Assembly (NCBI GenBank): GCA_002898795.1
Contig: BEIG01000001.1
Coordinates: forward strand, 192-64,191
Direction: 5' to 3'
Source of the DNA: a bacterium HR30
GTDB taxonomy: Bacteria > Desulfobacterota > Binatia > HRBIN30
Length of the DNA: 64,000 nucleotides
In this document: positions 51,460 through 61,097 of the stretch, in pieces
Numbering within the stretch: position 1 is the first letter of the stretch
Layout: every line of letters begins with the position of its first letter
The notes under the pieces: generated by a model
Seen by the model: the letters and a program-made list of their open reading frames with translations, nothing else
What the model was told of the DNA's origin: nothing
Database searches by the model: none
Position numbers and translations under genes: made by a program

Positions 51460-51942
51460 TCACTCCGGCGTATACCGGATCAGAACCCGCTTGCCATCGC
51501 GAAAGCCATGGCGAAAGCTTTCTTCGTAACGCGACCATCCGTCGCGATACTTGGTGGCATATACCTCGAGCATTTTCTCCACCGTAGAGGGCTCGTCGAC
51601 GATGGCCCCTTTTGCATAAAACGTCGGCCCATCGGGCTTACCCACAGCAATCTTCGCTCGCGGCCGCCCCCAACGGATGCGTTTGACCCGCCACGAATCC
51701 GGCCGAGTGCCAACGTAAACAGCGCCCTGATGATACAAAAACCAAATCTCTGCCGGGCGGCTCCACGACCCATCCTTGCGCTGACTGGAGATGTAAACGT
51801 ACTTGCTCGACTCCAATGCTTTGACCAACTCGGGGCTCAAGCCTGCCCGGCTGGGGACGGGAAGGGCGCAGGAGAGGAGGAGCAACAGGAGAGTAGTCCA
51901 CAGGAACGTACGCATCATCACCGATCCTCTCTTTCCAGCCAT
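51460..51942 (-). CDS. Secreted hypothetical protein
   Basis: Signal peptide MMRTFLWTTLLLLLLSCALPVPSRA. Confidence 0.5.
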   Translation of the reverse strand: MAGKRGSVMMRTFLWTTLLLLLLSCALPVPSRAGLSPELVKALESSKYVYISSQRKDGSWSRPAEIWFLYHQGAVYVGTRPDSWRVKRIRWGRPRAKIAVGKPDGPTFYAKGAIVDEPSTVEKMLEVYATKYRDGWSRYEESFRHGFRDGKRVLIRYTPE

Positions 51943-51975
51943 GTGCGTGCTTTTTGCCGAGTTCGAGGGCCCGAC

Positions 51976-52824
51976 TCAAGACAGCTTGCGCTCACCGAAC
52001 TGCTGCCGAAGCTGTTCGCGATACGGGCGGCTCAAGGGGAGCACATTGACCGCGCCGGTGAGGTCGTTCAGATCGACATACACCTCGGTTTCGTAAACCT
52101 CGGTGATATTCTTGTAGGTAATCACTTCCTCGGGAGTGCCGGCGCAAAACACGCGGCCCTGGGAGAGCAACACCACTCGGTCGCAGTAAAGGGCGGCCAA
52201 GTTCAAATCGTGCAAGACGGTCACGATGCTCCGTCCTTCCTCAGCTAGGTCGCGAAGCAAGTCATAAATGGCAACCACGTGGTGCAGGTCGAGAAACGCA
52301 CTCGGCTCATCCAGCAACAACACGGGCGTGTCTTGCGCCAAGGCCCGCGCCAACACCACGCGCTGGCGTTCACCCCCGCTCAACTCTTGCACCATCCGCC
52401 TCGCCAAGTGCGCGACACCCATCCGTTCCATGGCTTCTCGGGCACAGGCAATGTCGGCTTCCGACTCGAAAGCGAAACCACCCAGATAAGGTGCCCGCCC
52501 CATCAACACCATTTCCATCGCCGTAAACGGAAAGTCCACGTGGGTTTCTTGCGGCACCACGGCAATTTGGGTGGCAATCTCCCGCGCGCCGAGCCGCCCG
52601 AGCGGCTCGCCCCACAACTCCACCACTCCTCGCTGCGGTTTCAGCCAACCGCTCAACAATCGGAGCAGTGTCGATTTGCCGGAACCGTTGGGGCCAAGAA
52701 TGCCCAAGATTTGCCCTTTCTCGACTGTAAGGCTCACGTCGCGCAGCACCGCCTCTTCGCTGCGGTAACCAAAGTGCAAGTTCCTGGCTAAAAGCGGAAT
52801 GCGGTTGGGGTCGCTTTGCGCCAT
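51976..52824 (-). CDS. ABC transporter ATP-binding protein, iron-siderophore/heme/cobalamin (FecE/HmuV/BtuD) family
   Basis: GPNGSGKSTLL, LSGGERQRVVLARAL, LLLDEP. No cognate permease or binding-protein gene is adjacent. Confidence 0.85.
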   Translation of the reverse strand: MAQSDPNRIPLLARNLHFGYRSEEAVLRDVSLTVEKGQILGILGPNGSGKSTLLRLLSGWLKPQRGVVELWGEPLGRLGAREIATQIAVVPQETHVDFPFTAMEMVLMGRAPYLGGFAFESEADIACAREAMERMGVAHLARRMVQELSGGERQRVVLARALAQDTPVLLLDEPSAFLDLHHVVAIYDLLRDLAEEGRSIVTVLHDLNLAALYCDRVVLLSQGRVFCAGTPEEVITYKNITEVYETEVYVDLNDLTGAVNVLPLSRPYREQLRQQFGERKLS

Positions 52825-52916
52825 GGCACCTGTTCATGGCACTCCGGGTGTTTCGTGCAAGGGTGGCATACGAAACCCGTTGACCTGCCCATGCCTTTTG
52901 GCCATCGTGGCGCCCG

Positions 52917-54149
52917 ATGAAGAGGTGGCCGATAGTTCGGAGGGTGGTTGCGGCATTGGTGGGTGGCGCGCTTTTGTGGCTGCCTTCCCTGGCACGGTCG
53001 GAACCGTACATTGCGGTGCGCGAGGGGATGCGTTGTAGTTCTTGCCATACCAACGTCACCGGTGGCGGAAAGCGCACGGATCTGGTGAGTACCCATGCCA
53101 AGGATTTGCTGCACTATCCCGATTTCCTCGGACCGTTTTCCCGTCCGCTCGAGTACTTTACCGGCGAGATCAATCCCTACCTCGCTCTTGGCGGCGACCT
53201 CCGCACGAGTGCGACCTTGATTTTCCAGTCCCTCGGGGCCAGCGGCAGGGTGCGCAACGACCAAGTGTTTCGTGGGCGGCTGGAACAGACCCGACTCGAG
53301 ACGACCCAAGCAACCCTTTATGGGGAGCTAAAATTGATTCCCGATCGAGTGACCTTTTACCTCGATCAGCGCTTTCAACCCACCGTAGACAACCGCGAGG
53401 CCTTTGCCCTGCTGAAGGGATTCCTTCCGTGGAACGGGTTTTTCAAAGTCGGACGCATGTTCTTGCCCTATGGCCTCCAGTTGCAAGACGACGAAGCGTT
53501 CATTCGTGGCGGGCGCTCGCGCGGCTCGAGCTCTGCTGCCAGCGGTTTCAGTTTCAATTTGCAAGAGCCGGGAGCGCTCGTGGGCTTCGAGCCGGGCAAC
53601 TGGTCGCTGCTGTTTGCCGTCACCGACGGCAGTGGCGGCGACCGCGATGTTCGCACCGTCGGCACGGTTTACGCGGTATACGACGACGTTCCACTCCTAC
53701 GCACCTTGTTGATCGGTGGCTCGGCATCGCGAGTCGCCCCGCCAAGCGGAGAAACCCTGCTCTTTGGCTTTTTCGCTGGTACGAATTTGGGCCCCGTGAC
53801 GATTTTGGGAGAGGCTGACTTTCGCAGCGACAAAGGGCGCACCACGTTGGGTCGCCGCGTGGGGCAATTCCTCGCCTACGGCGAGGCCAACTATCTGTTA
53901 TTCGGCTGGTTGAACGTGAAGGCCGCGATCGACTACGCCGACAGCGATGGACGGCTAACCCGGCAAGTTGGCGGAGTCACCGTTCTCGACACGGCCAACG
54001 ATGCGGAGCACCGCGTGAGCTTTGGCCTCGAACCATTCTTGAATCGGTTCGTACAACCACGGCTCTTTTATCGCATCAACAACGGGATCCGCTCCGACCC
54101 CACTCACAATCAAAACGTGCTTTTGCTCGAAGCCCACGTGTTTTTCTAA
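52917..54149 (+). CDS. Putative outer-membrane beta-barrel protein with an N-terminal CxxCH motif
   Basis: Signal peptide MKRWPIVRRVVAALVGGALLWLPSLA. MRCSSCH near the mature N-terminus. Alternating amphipathic strands and a C-terminal F. Confidence 0.6.
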   Translation: MKRWPIVRRVVAALVGGALLWLPSLARSEPYIAVREGMRCSSCHTNVTGGGKRTDLVSTHAKDLLHYPDFLGPFSRPLEYFTGEINPYLALGGDLRTSATLIFQSLGASGRVRNDQVFRGRLEQTRLETTQATLYGELKLIPDRVTFYLDQRFQPTVDNREAFALLKGFLPWNGFFKVGRMFLPYGLQLQDDEAFIRGGRSRGSSSAASGFSFNLQEPGALVGFEPGNWSLLFAVTDGSGGDRDVRTVGTVYAVYDDVPLLRTLLIGGSASRVAPPSGETLLFGFFAGTNLGPVTILGEADFRSDKGRTTLGRRVGQFLAYGEANYLLFGWLNVKAAIDYADSDGRLTRQVGGVTVLDTANDAEHRVSFGLEPFLNRFVQPRLFYRINNGIRSDPTHNQNVLLLEAHVFF

Positions 54150-54248
54150 GAAAACCTCGCCCTACGAACCACACGGACGGGCACGGCCTGCGCTTGGGCT
54201 CGCGCCTACGCACACCAGGCCACCACCGAACCAGGGGCACGACGGAAA

Positions 54249-54286
54249 GGCGCGGGCCTCCGTCGGGGCCGGCCTTTTGTTTTTTT
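54249..54286 (+). terminator. Rho-independent terminator
   Basis: GC-rich palindrome GGCGCGGGCCTCCGTCGGGGCCGGCC followed by TTTTGTTTTTTT. Confidence 0.45.
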
Positions 54287-54681
54287 CGCCGCGCATGGTG
54301 CCACGGGTTGCGGCTGCTTTTATGCGCGGGAGAGCCTGGCCTCGCCCACGCCTGCGCAGCGACCCGACGGTGCGGTTATAAGCAACGCCACACCCGTGTG
54401 GTTCGAGAAAGCCTTGCTACCAGCGACAACCGACGTAACCCTCGAAACACCAGGCATGGCCGCACACACGACGTGGGCAGCAGCCGAAAGAGTGCAGCGC
54501 AGTGCCGCGCAAGTGCCCGAGCTGCCACCGCATGACGAACACCGAGCGGGCAGCTTTTGGGGAAGTTGTGGAACCGTGGACGAGCTCCGTTGACCGCCGC
54601 GGATCGAAAGCAGCCGGCGCCCGAGGGCTGAGGCCGAGTGTCGCTTGCCACCCTGCTGTGTGCTCGTTAATCCCCCAGCGC

Positions 54682-55023
54682 ATGGCGCAAAAGAAGTTGC
54701 TGTACAAAGTCATCTTCCAAAACCAAGGGCGGGTGTACGAGCTTTACGCAAAGAACGTGAGCCAGGCACCGCTTTTCGGTTTCATCGAGCTCGAGGGGCT
54801 CATTTTCGGGGCAAAATCCAACGTAGTGGTCGATCCTTCCGAGGAGGCCTTACAGCGCGAATTCGAGGGCACGGAGCGGACCTACATCCCCATTCATTCC
54901 GTGGTACGCATCGACGCCGTAGAAAAACGGGGGCAAGCCAAGGTGTATGCCTTGTCGGAAAGCGGGGGCAAGGTAACCCCCTTGCCGACACCGATTTACA
55001 CTCCGGTGAAACGCGATTCTTAA
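54682..55023 (+). CDS. DUF1820-family protein
   Basis: MAQKKLLYKVIFQNQGRVYELYAK N-terminus. Confidence 0.55.
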   Translation: MAQKKLLYKVIFQNQGRVYELYAKNVSQAPLFGFIELEGLIFGAKSNVVVDPSEEALQREFEGTERTYIPIHSVVRIDAVEKRGQAKVYALSESGGKVTPLPTPIYTPVKRDS

Positions 55024-55037
55024 GAGCGCGCCCGCGT

Positions 55038-55790
55038 TCAGGAAATTACCAGGCCAGCGTCGACGGAGAGCACCGCGCCGTTGACGTATCTGGCCTCGTC
55101 CGACGCCAGATAAGCCACGGCTGCGGCCACCGCTGCGGGCGGGGCTTTTTCGTCGACCAACTTGAGGCGCGTAATCAAGTCGATCTCCGCACCGGCTGGA
55201 GGACGAAACCCAGCCAAGAACGGCGTGTCGATTCCCCCAGGGCACACGCAGTTTACCCGAACACCGCGCCGCGCGAATTCTACCGCTAGCGCTTTGGTAA
55301 GTTGCACCACGCCTCCTTTGGACGCACAGTATGCTGCGCTGTACGCTTGGCCGATCAAACCGGCTGACGATGCCATGTTCACAATGGCGCCGCAGCGGTC
55401 GAGCAACGCTGGCAGCGCTGCTTGGCACATAAAAAACGTGCCCGAGAGATTCACTGCCAGCGTACGATTCCACTCCTCCACGCTCACATCCAAAGTGTGC
55501 TGAAAGCGGCCCACGCCAGCGATGTTGGCCAGTACGTCGAGGGCGCCGAAATGGTCCAAGCACGATTGCACACTCTGCCGCGCGCAGTCCGGTCGGCTAA
55601 CGTCGCACCACTCGGCGTGTACCACGCCACCCTGCTCCCGGATCACCGCCACCGTTTCCGCGAGTCCAACTTCGTTGACGTCGGTGCAAAAAACCTTGGC
55701 TCCCTCGGCCGCTAAGCGCTCGGCTGTGGCGCGGCCGATGCCCGAGGCAGCGCCCGTAATCAAGGCTACCTTGTCGCGAAATCGTTCCAT
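55038..55790 (-). CDS. SDR-family oxidoreductase (3-oxoacyl-ACP reductase-like)
   Basis: TGAASGIGRATA, NIAG, and YxxxK (YCASK). GGAGG RBS. Confidence 0.85.
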   Translation of the reverse strand: MERFRDKVALITGAASGIGRATAERLAAEGAKVFCTDVNEVGLAETVAVIREQGGVVHAEWCDVSRPDCARQSVQSCLDHFGALDVLANIAGVGRFQHTLDVSVEEWNRTLAVNLSGTFFMCQAALPALLDRCGAIVNMASSAGLIGQAYSAAYCASKGGVVQLTKALAVEFARRGVRVNCVCPGGIDTPFLAGFRPPAGAEIDLITRLKLVDEKAPPAAVAAAVAYLASDEARYVNGAVLSVDAGLVIS

Positions 55791-56278
55791 CCATGCCTCC
55801 GTCGCGTGCTTCCGGCGTCGCGCAAAACCGTTCTCGTGTCAACGCGGAGAATCCTCGAACCGCCGCCCAGCGCCTGGACGGTACCGGCACAAATCAACGA
55901 ACGTTTTCCCAAGCCAATCCAGGTGCGGAAATCGAAAGTCGGAACCTTGCAAAGGCAAGATTCCATCGAAGGCTGCATGTCGAAGTCGCACTTGCGCAAG
56001 CCCACTAGAAGCGACACCGTTGGGTTGCGAACTCAGCGCACCCGTAGCCTGCCCTTTCAAAAATTGTTGTCGCGACATCTCCCTCGGGCGGCAGGACTGT
56101 CCGCACCTGCACGCGCCTGCGCGCTTACCAGCTCGCGCTCGGGTGGGCCTTCGAGACCACGCAATGGCGCCTGCGTGTCTGCCGGATGGCAGCAGCACCG
56201 ATGCACCAACGCAGTGCTACTGCCGCCGCAGCCAGTGTGACCACCAGCCCGCACCGGGCCTACGCCGTGCAAAGCCGT

Positions 56279-57613
56279 CTAGGGCGTCGGGCTCGCACTC
56301 GCTTCCGGCGAGTCGTGCAGCGCCCTTCGATCGGTGCTTGGCGCTCTGGGGTTGCTTTCGTCCGCGCTCTTCCCCCCACCCGCGGGTTTTCCAGAAGGCC
56401 CGAACTCCTGAAACAGCTTCACCACCAGCGACGCTACCTCCCCCGGCTTGGCCGTGAGCACCTCCCGCCTCAATTGCTCGAAGCGGCGCGGCGACAAACG
56501 ATGGGCCAGCTCTATCCGAGCTCTCAAATCCCGAACGGTGTCGTCTCTTACGAACCTCACAAACTCGAGTTCCTTTTCGCTCATCTCGCCCAACTTGGGG
56601 CCATACAACCGAGCAAGGTCGAAGTACGTGTCGTAATCGGCGTAGAATTTCGCTTTGATGAGCAACCACACTAGCTCATTTTCCGGATCGGCCAGCAGAT
56701 TCCGCCACGCCCTGCTGCAAGCCTGATCCCCAGGTTCCTCGCCAAAACAACGGGCAGCCATGTAATAGGACAACGCTAACGGAGCCGCCAGGTGGGGGCT
56801 ACGTCTTTCCACTTCTCTTGTAAAGGCGTCCCGAAACGCTCCGCACTTTTCTACGGTGCTGTCAGCAAGGCAAGAGGCTAACTTTTCGCCCACTTCAGGG
56901 CCAAGCTCGCTCAACGATCCTCTGGGAATTCGCAAGCTAAAGGGGCGCGGGGTTAGAGCTTGCCCGTTCTCGACCCAGGCCTTCCTTGCCATGTCGGCCC
57001 AGACTACCTGTTCGCGAAGCAACTCCACAAGTCCCGGGTCGCCATGTTCTTTCGCCTCTTCCCATTGGCGCACCGTTTCGTTCTGCAAGAGTTCGAACCG
57101 TTCGGGGTCCAGGCGGGCCGCAACCTCGAAGACGTACCTAGCTCTCACCGGGTCATTACCGCCCACCTGCGCCCGCCGCACCGCCCGGAGGTAGCTCCAA
57201 AAGATCTCCGTTTGCCGCTTCTTCAAAAGAGCCAAGTAACGTTCCCCCATCTGTCTTAGCTTGTCCTTCCAAACCTCTTGCTCCTTCATATCCCATTCGG
57301 GTGGGCTGTCGAAAAAGGGGTAATGATAGATGGCTCGCTGGATGGCATCGTAATGGTCCAAGGCACAATACGGGAAGAGCGCCCCGGAGCGCGTGCACAT
57401 TTCGAACTGGAGCCGGTACACCACCAGTGCCGAAACAAAGCCATAGCCGGACAGTCCATGGAGCGGGCGCTCCTGCAGCGGCTTTTTCAGCCATCGTTCG
57501 AGGAGCTTCACGGAGAAGTCAACGCTGGAATCATCGCTCGCCCCACCTCGTTGAGGACCGCCCGCAAGTCCTGCAACCGCTACCAGCAACAGGGGCAAAA
57601 GCAAGCGCCTCAT
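56279..57613 (-). CDS. Secreted hypothetical protein
   Basis: Signal peptide MRRLLLPLLLVAVAGLAGG and a strong AGGAGGTG RBS. No known domain. Confidence 0.55.
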   Translation of the reverse strand: MRRLLLPLLLVAVAGLAGGPQRGGASDDSSVDFSVKLLERWLKKPLQERPLHGLSGYGFVSALVVYRLQFEMCTRSGALFPYCALDHYDAIQRAIYHYPFFDSPPEWDMKEQEVWKDKLRQMGERYLALLKKRQTEIFWSYLRAVRRAQVGGNDPVRARYVFEVAARLDPERFELLQNETVRQWEEAKEHGDPGLVELLREQVVWADMARKAWVENGQALTPRPFSLRIPRGSLSELGPEVGEKLASCLADSTVEKCGAFRDAFTREVERRSPHLAAPLALSYYMAARCFGEEPGDQACSRAWRNLLADPENELVWLLIKAKFYADYDTYFDLARLYGPKLGEMSEKELEFVRFVRDDTVRDLRARIELAHRLSPRRFEQLRREVLTAKPGEVASLVVKLFQEFGPSGKPAGGGKSADESNPRAPSTDRRALHDSPEASASPTP

Positions 57614-57675
57614 TGTCGTGTGCACCTCCTGGAGACTACCACACTCCCTCGTCACTGCGCATAGTACAACTGCAC

Positions 57676-58083
57676 CTAGTCCCACCGGCAACCAGGGCAC
57701 TCAGCACGCGTACCCTTCAGCACCCATTTCGGCACCCACGTCTTCCCATATGGCGGGCCCCAATCGTATTTGAAATAGTCCGCCTCGTTGCCCGGGGCCG
57801 GCAGGGATGCCGCCGTCAAACTGCGCACCGATATAAAATGCGTCGGCCCTTTCGGGTTCCCGATACCCGTTCTCAGGAACTCCTCGGCCAAGGCGAAATC
57901 CTCCGCGGTCGGAACGAGCTTCGGGTTCGGGCTCCTGCAGCCAACGTAAGCGCTGCACACATCCGCTACACTGGTAGTTCCCCTCCGTGCCATGCGGTTG
58001 AGCACCGTTTGCAAGATCGCTCGCCGCTCCTCCGCGCGGCACTGCTGCGAGCCACATTCGTTGGCCAGCAACCTCCCCAACAT
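57676..58083 (-). CDS. Putative cell-wall hydrolase (SleB/CwlJ Hydrolase_2-like)
   Basis: AILQTVLNRM and GPTHF resemble the Hydrolase_2 LNR and GATHY motifs. Weak support. Confidence 0.45.
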   Translation of the reverse strand: MLGRLLANECGSQQCRAEERRAILQTVLNRMARRGTTSVADVCSAYVGCRSPNPKLVPTAEDFALAEEFLRTGIGNPKGPTHFISVRSLTAASLPAPGNEADYFKYDWGPPYGKTWVPKWVLKGTRAECPGCRWD

Positions 58084-58440
58084 TTTTTCTCGTCCGTGTC
58101 CAACCCCGTCCCGGGCGACGCATCGCTCATCGTATCCGTGCGCTGCGCCACCTCCATTGCAGCGGAACCAAGGCATTATGTGCCAGCGCGCTAGCAGCCC
58201 GGCGACGGCGGGAATCGCTACATCCTAACGCGTCTTCCCACCGCCACCCTCTGCCTGCGCTCGGTCTTTGCTCGCTGGAGCGCCCCGGGGAGTAGCGTCG
58301 TCTCCACCAGGCCCCTCCGAGCCTCCACCCTCCCACCCAACACCCAACTCGGAAAACTCTCTCCCCCGCCGCCGCTCGGTCAAGGCATCAACACAGGCCC
58401 ACCTACCTCCAACAGCCGGTAGCCCAAGGCGCGGGCCTAC

Positions 58441-59060
58441 CTAGCTAGTCGGGGTCGGAGAAGGCTCGGGCCCACCGAGCCGGAACGGCGGGTAGCCCAA
58501 GGCGCGCTTGATTTCCTCCCACTCCACCAACTTCAGACGACCTCGAGCGTCGATAAAAAGGTACCCCGTGTCCCCACGACAGGGACCTACCGTGCCAAGC
58601 CTGTAGTACATCTCTCGCTGCAGCGTCTTGGGTCCCTCCAGCACCTCGTACCCTTTCGGAGCTTCCCCCTCCAGCACAAACTCGCCGCCCCACCCCGGAC
58701 GGTACCGTAACCGCACGGTGCTGGCAAAAAAAACCGGCCTGACCTTTCTGATCTGAGGCGCAGCACCGTACTCGTGTTTGCGGTATGCAAAGGCTCGGGA
58801 TGGGGATCGGCCGGGTCGTATGGGTAGAACATCAAAACCGAAAGGCCCGACGGGCGGGCATCTTCCCAGAGCTTGCGAACGCCCCTCACCTCCAGCACGA
58901 TCGTCAGGTCGTCGAGCTGCTTCACCGTGCAGTAGTAGGGAGGGATGCAACTCCCCACCGGCAACAGCACCGCCAAAAGCAACCCTACGAGCCCGAGGTG
59001 CCCACGCTTACCACGGTTACGGTCCAGCCACACGGCGAAACTCCCAGTACAACCGTTCAA
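58441..59060 (-). pseudogene. Lipoprotein gene split into two frames at an A8/T8 homopolymer (frameshifted or phase-variable)
   Basis: The N-terminal frame (lipobox LLPVGSC) runs from 59060 to about 58740. The C-terminal frame runs from about 58735 to 58441. The two frames meet at the T8 tract (plus-strand A8 at 58726-58733). Peptide repeats STVLRLRSERSGRFF and STVRLRYRPGWGGEF flank the tract. Confidence 0.5.
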
Positions 59061-59349
59061 TCGTACGCGCGTCTAGCCCGGTCTCTCGGTCCAAGAATGG
59101 CGCGCGCTTTAACACGAAATAATCCCCCACCACGGCAGCTTGCTGTTCGAAGTTGAGATCCCAAAAACTTCCGCGGAACGATGGCCCAACGACGTAGGGA
59201 TCGCTCCCCGTCAACCACGCCCTGAGGTGCAGCCAGGAGCCGCGGAAGTTGTCGAGCAAGCCGTGCTGTCGCTGCCAAATGTACACGCCCTCGTGCACGA
59301 GTAAACTCAAGCGTCGTACCGGCGTCCGCCCTGAGTATTCCGACGTCAC
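59017..59349 (-). CDS. Doubtful small ORF (GTG start, no RBS)
   Basis: Open frame only. It overlaps the lipoprotein start, and the tandem repeats abut its start codon. Confidence 0.2.
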   Translation of the reverse strand: MTSEYSGRTPVRRLSLLVHEGVYIWQRQHGLLDNFRGSWLHLRAWLTGSDPYVVGPSFRGSFWDLNFEQQAAVVGDYFVLKRAPFLDRETGLDARTIERLYWEFRRVAGP

Positions 59350-59350
59350 A

Positions 59351-59382
59351 TTGATTTCGTAATTTGTTGATTTCGTAATTTG
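59351..59382. repeat. Exact 16-bp AT-rich tandem direct repeat, 2 copies (TTGATTTCGTAATTTG)
   Basis: Two perfect adjacent copies in a low-GC intergenic stretch upstream of the frameshifted lipoprotein gene. Confidence 0.85.
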
Positions 59383-59707
59383 ACCTCACCTGCCCGTCGG
59401 CAAATCTTTCGCCGAAGAAACCTTCGTCTAGCTTTACCCTTTCCCAATCGACACATTCCCCACGGATTCCTCTAGAGCTTTCCGCTCCTCTTCCGTCAGC
59501 GGCCGCGGCTTCGGATCAACCCCCTGCTGACACCTTTCTGGATCCCGCGCGGGGCAGTCGCCACCGGCTCTGCTTCCCAGCCTTGCCTCCACGGTGAAGT
59601 CTGCACGCGCTGCGCTCTGTGCTGTTACTCAAGAAATCTCTAGCGCGAAGACGCTTCCGTGCTGTCCCATCGTTTCGTTTACGGATTTCCCACCGGTGTG
59701 CCCGATC

Positions 59708-60103
59708 TCATCGGCCAAAGCGCCTCTGAACGATTGTGTAGTCCTTTAGGTCGATCGTGTAATGCACCCCTCCACCGAAGGTTAACGGCGTCCTCCCTTC
59801 AAAGATGTCGACTTCAACTTCGTCACCCTTTTTTCTGTAAAGCACACCATGGACCCGCGTCGCTAGCTCTGGAGCTGAGTAACCTCGGTCCCAATGCTTG
59901 TTCAACCGTTGGTAGTCCGTCATCGCCACCAGTAACGCAGCAGCGATTTGCGCCGAGAGAATGCCCGAGTCGCTCACGCGCTCTTCTAGCTGAGCTTGCG
60001 AGACCCGCGGATCCAGAAGCAACACAGCGAGCAGGGTGGTGCATAGGGTGATCACCCCCGCTAACCTTGCCAAGCACCTTCGACCGACTTCATATACCCT
60101 CAT
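59708..60103 (-). CDS. Small secreted or membrane-anchored hypothetical protein
   Basis: N-terminal hydrophobic segment LAGVITLCTTLLAVLLL. Confidence 0.45.
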   Translation of the reverse strand: MRVYEVGRRCLARLAGVITLCTTLLAVLLLDPRVSQAQLEERVSDSGILSAQIAAALLVAMTDYQRLNKHWDRGYSAPELATRVHGVLYRKKGDEVEVDIFEGRTPLTFGGGVHYTIDLKDYTIVQRRFGR

Positions 60104-60897
60104 CTGATCGGCACCCTCCCAACGTAGCGCCCCAGCGTGAACTTGGGCTCGGGCAGTTCACCTGCAGGATAAAACCGCAAATTTCCACCCGGGGTTCCAA
60201 GGTAAGACCCGAGAAAGCCTGGATACCTCGCTCCGAGCTGGTTCGTCGCCCACACATCCGCCGGGGAAAAATACTCGAAGCCCGTTCTTGCACCGTGAGT
60301 GTGCCAAACCGCTAAGGGCCGTGCACCCTCTGGGAGGAACGCCAGCGCATCGTAAGGCGATGGACCCGCGCACACGGCGGCTCCGCCACACGGAGCCCCG
60401 AGGACGCCGGTAGTCGAGGAAATGCCCTCAGGCCCTTCAAAGATGATTCCTAAGTATTCCGTGTCGCTTTGAACCGAGGGCGGGTTGTGCAAGGCAACAG
60501 CATCTCTAGCTACTTCATCGACCTTGGCCACAGTCGGATGATTGGGATCGATGAGGCTACCGCTGGAAGCAACATCCGTCCTGCGTCCTCCGCCCAACGT
60601 CACTTCGCCGTCCGCTCTGCCACCTCCGTTGCCCGGGCCTTTCTGCGCCTCCCGTGCCATTTCGCTGCCAACGCCGTTAGCACGGGTACCACGGGCACCA
60701 CGGCTGCCACCCGCAGTGAACACAGCTCCCGGAGAGAACGGTTCCCCGCGGGCGCGCCTGCGTTCACCGATCGCGCGTGCTTGCGGCCAAGCGTATGGAG
60801 TGCGGTAGCGGTGCTCCCGCAAGCCCGGCCGCAAGGCAGGGGCTGAAACGGGCCACAGGGGCATGGGTGGTACGAATGGGCGCGCGGTGCGTACCAT
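60100..60897 (-). CDS. Protein with a C-terminal JAB/MPN-like (DUF4329-type) domain and a Gly/Arg-rich N-terminal region
   Basis: C-terminal motif WHTHGARTGFEYFSPAD (H-x-H...S-x-x-D). The N-terminal 100 aa are low-complexity, so the true start is uncertain. Confidence 0.45.
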   Translation of the reverse strand: MVRTARPFVPPMPLWPVSAPALRPGLREHRYRTPYAWPQARAIGERRRARGEPFSPGAVFTAGGSRGARGTRANGVGSEMAREAQKGPGNGGGRADGEVTLGGGRRTDVASSGSLIDPNHPTVAKVDEVARDAVALHNPPSVQSDTEYLGIIFEGPEGISSTTGVLGAPCGGAAVCAGPSPYDALAFLPEGARPLAVWHTHGARTGFEYFSPADVWATNQLGARYPGFLGSYLGTPGGNLRFYPAGELPEPKFTLGRYVGRVPIR

Positions 60898-61097
60898 GGC
60901 AGGGCTTAGCAGCGCGGCCGCACGCTATGGCGGCGGCTGAAGCGGCTGTGCTCCTGCCCGAGGTGATCCACACCATCCTGCTGTTACCCCCAACCAAGTT
61001 CAGCGGCGCACGAACTCATGGCGCCTGCGTGTCCGCGCAAACTAGGACGGCGGTGCCACTATGCTCCCACCACGTTGGATGTAGGCATCACGCCCTC

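Noticed and set aside
51145-52248. A 367-aa plus-strand ORF
   Set aside because: It is antisense to the well-supported ABC ATPase and secreted-protein genes, an artefact of high GC.
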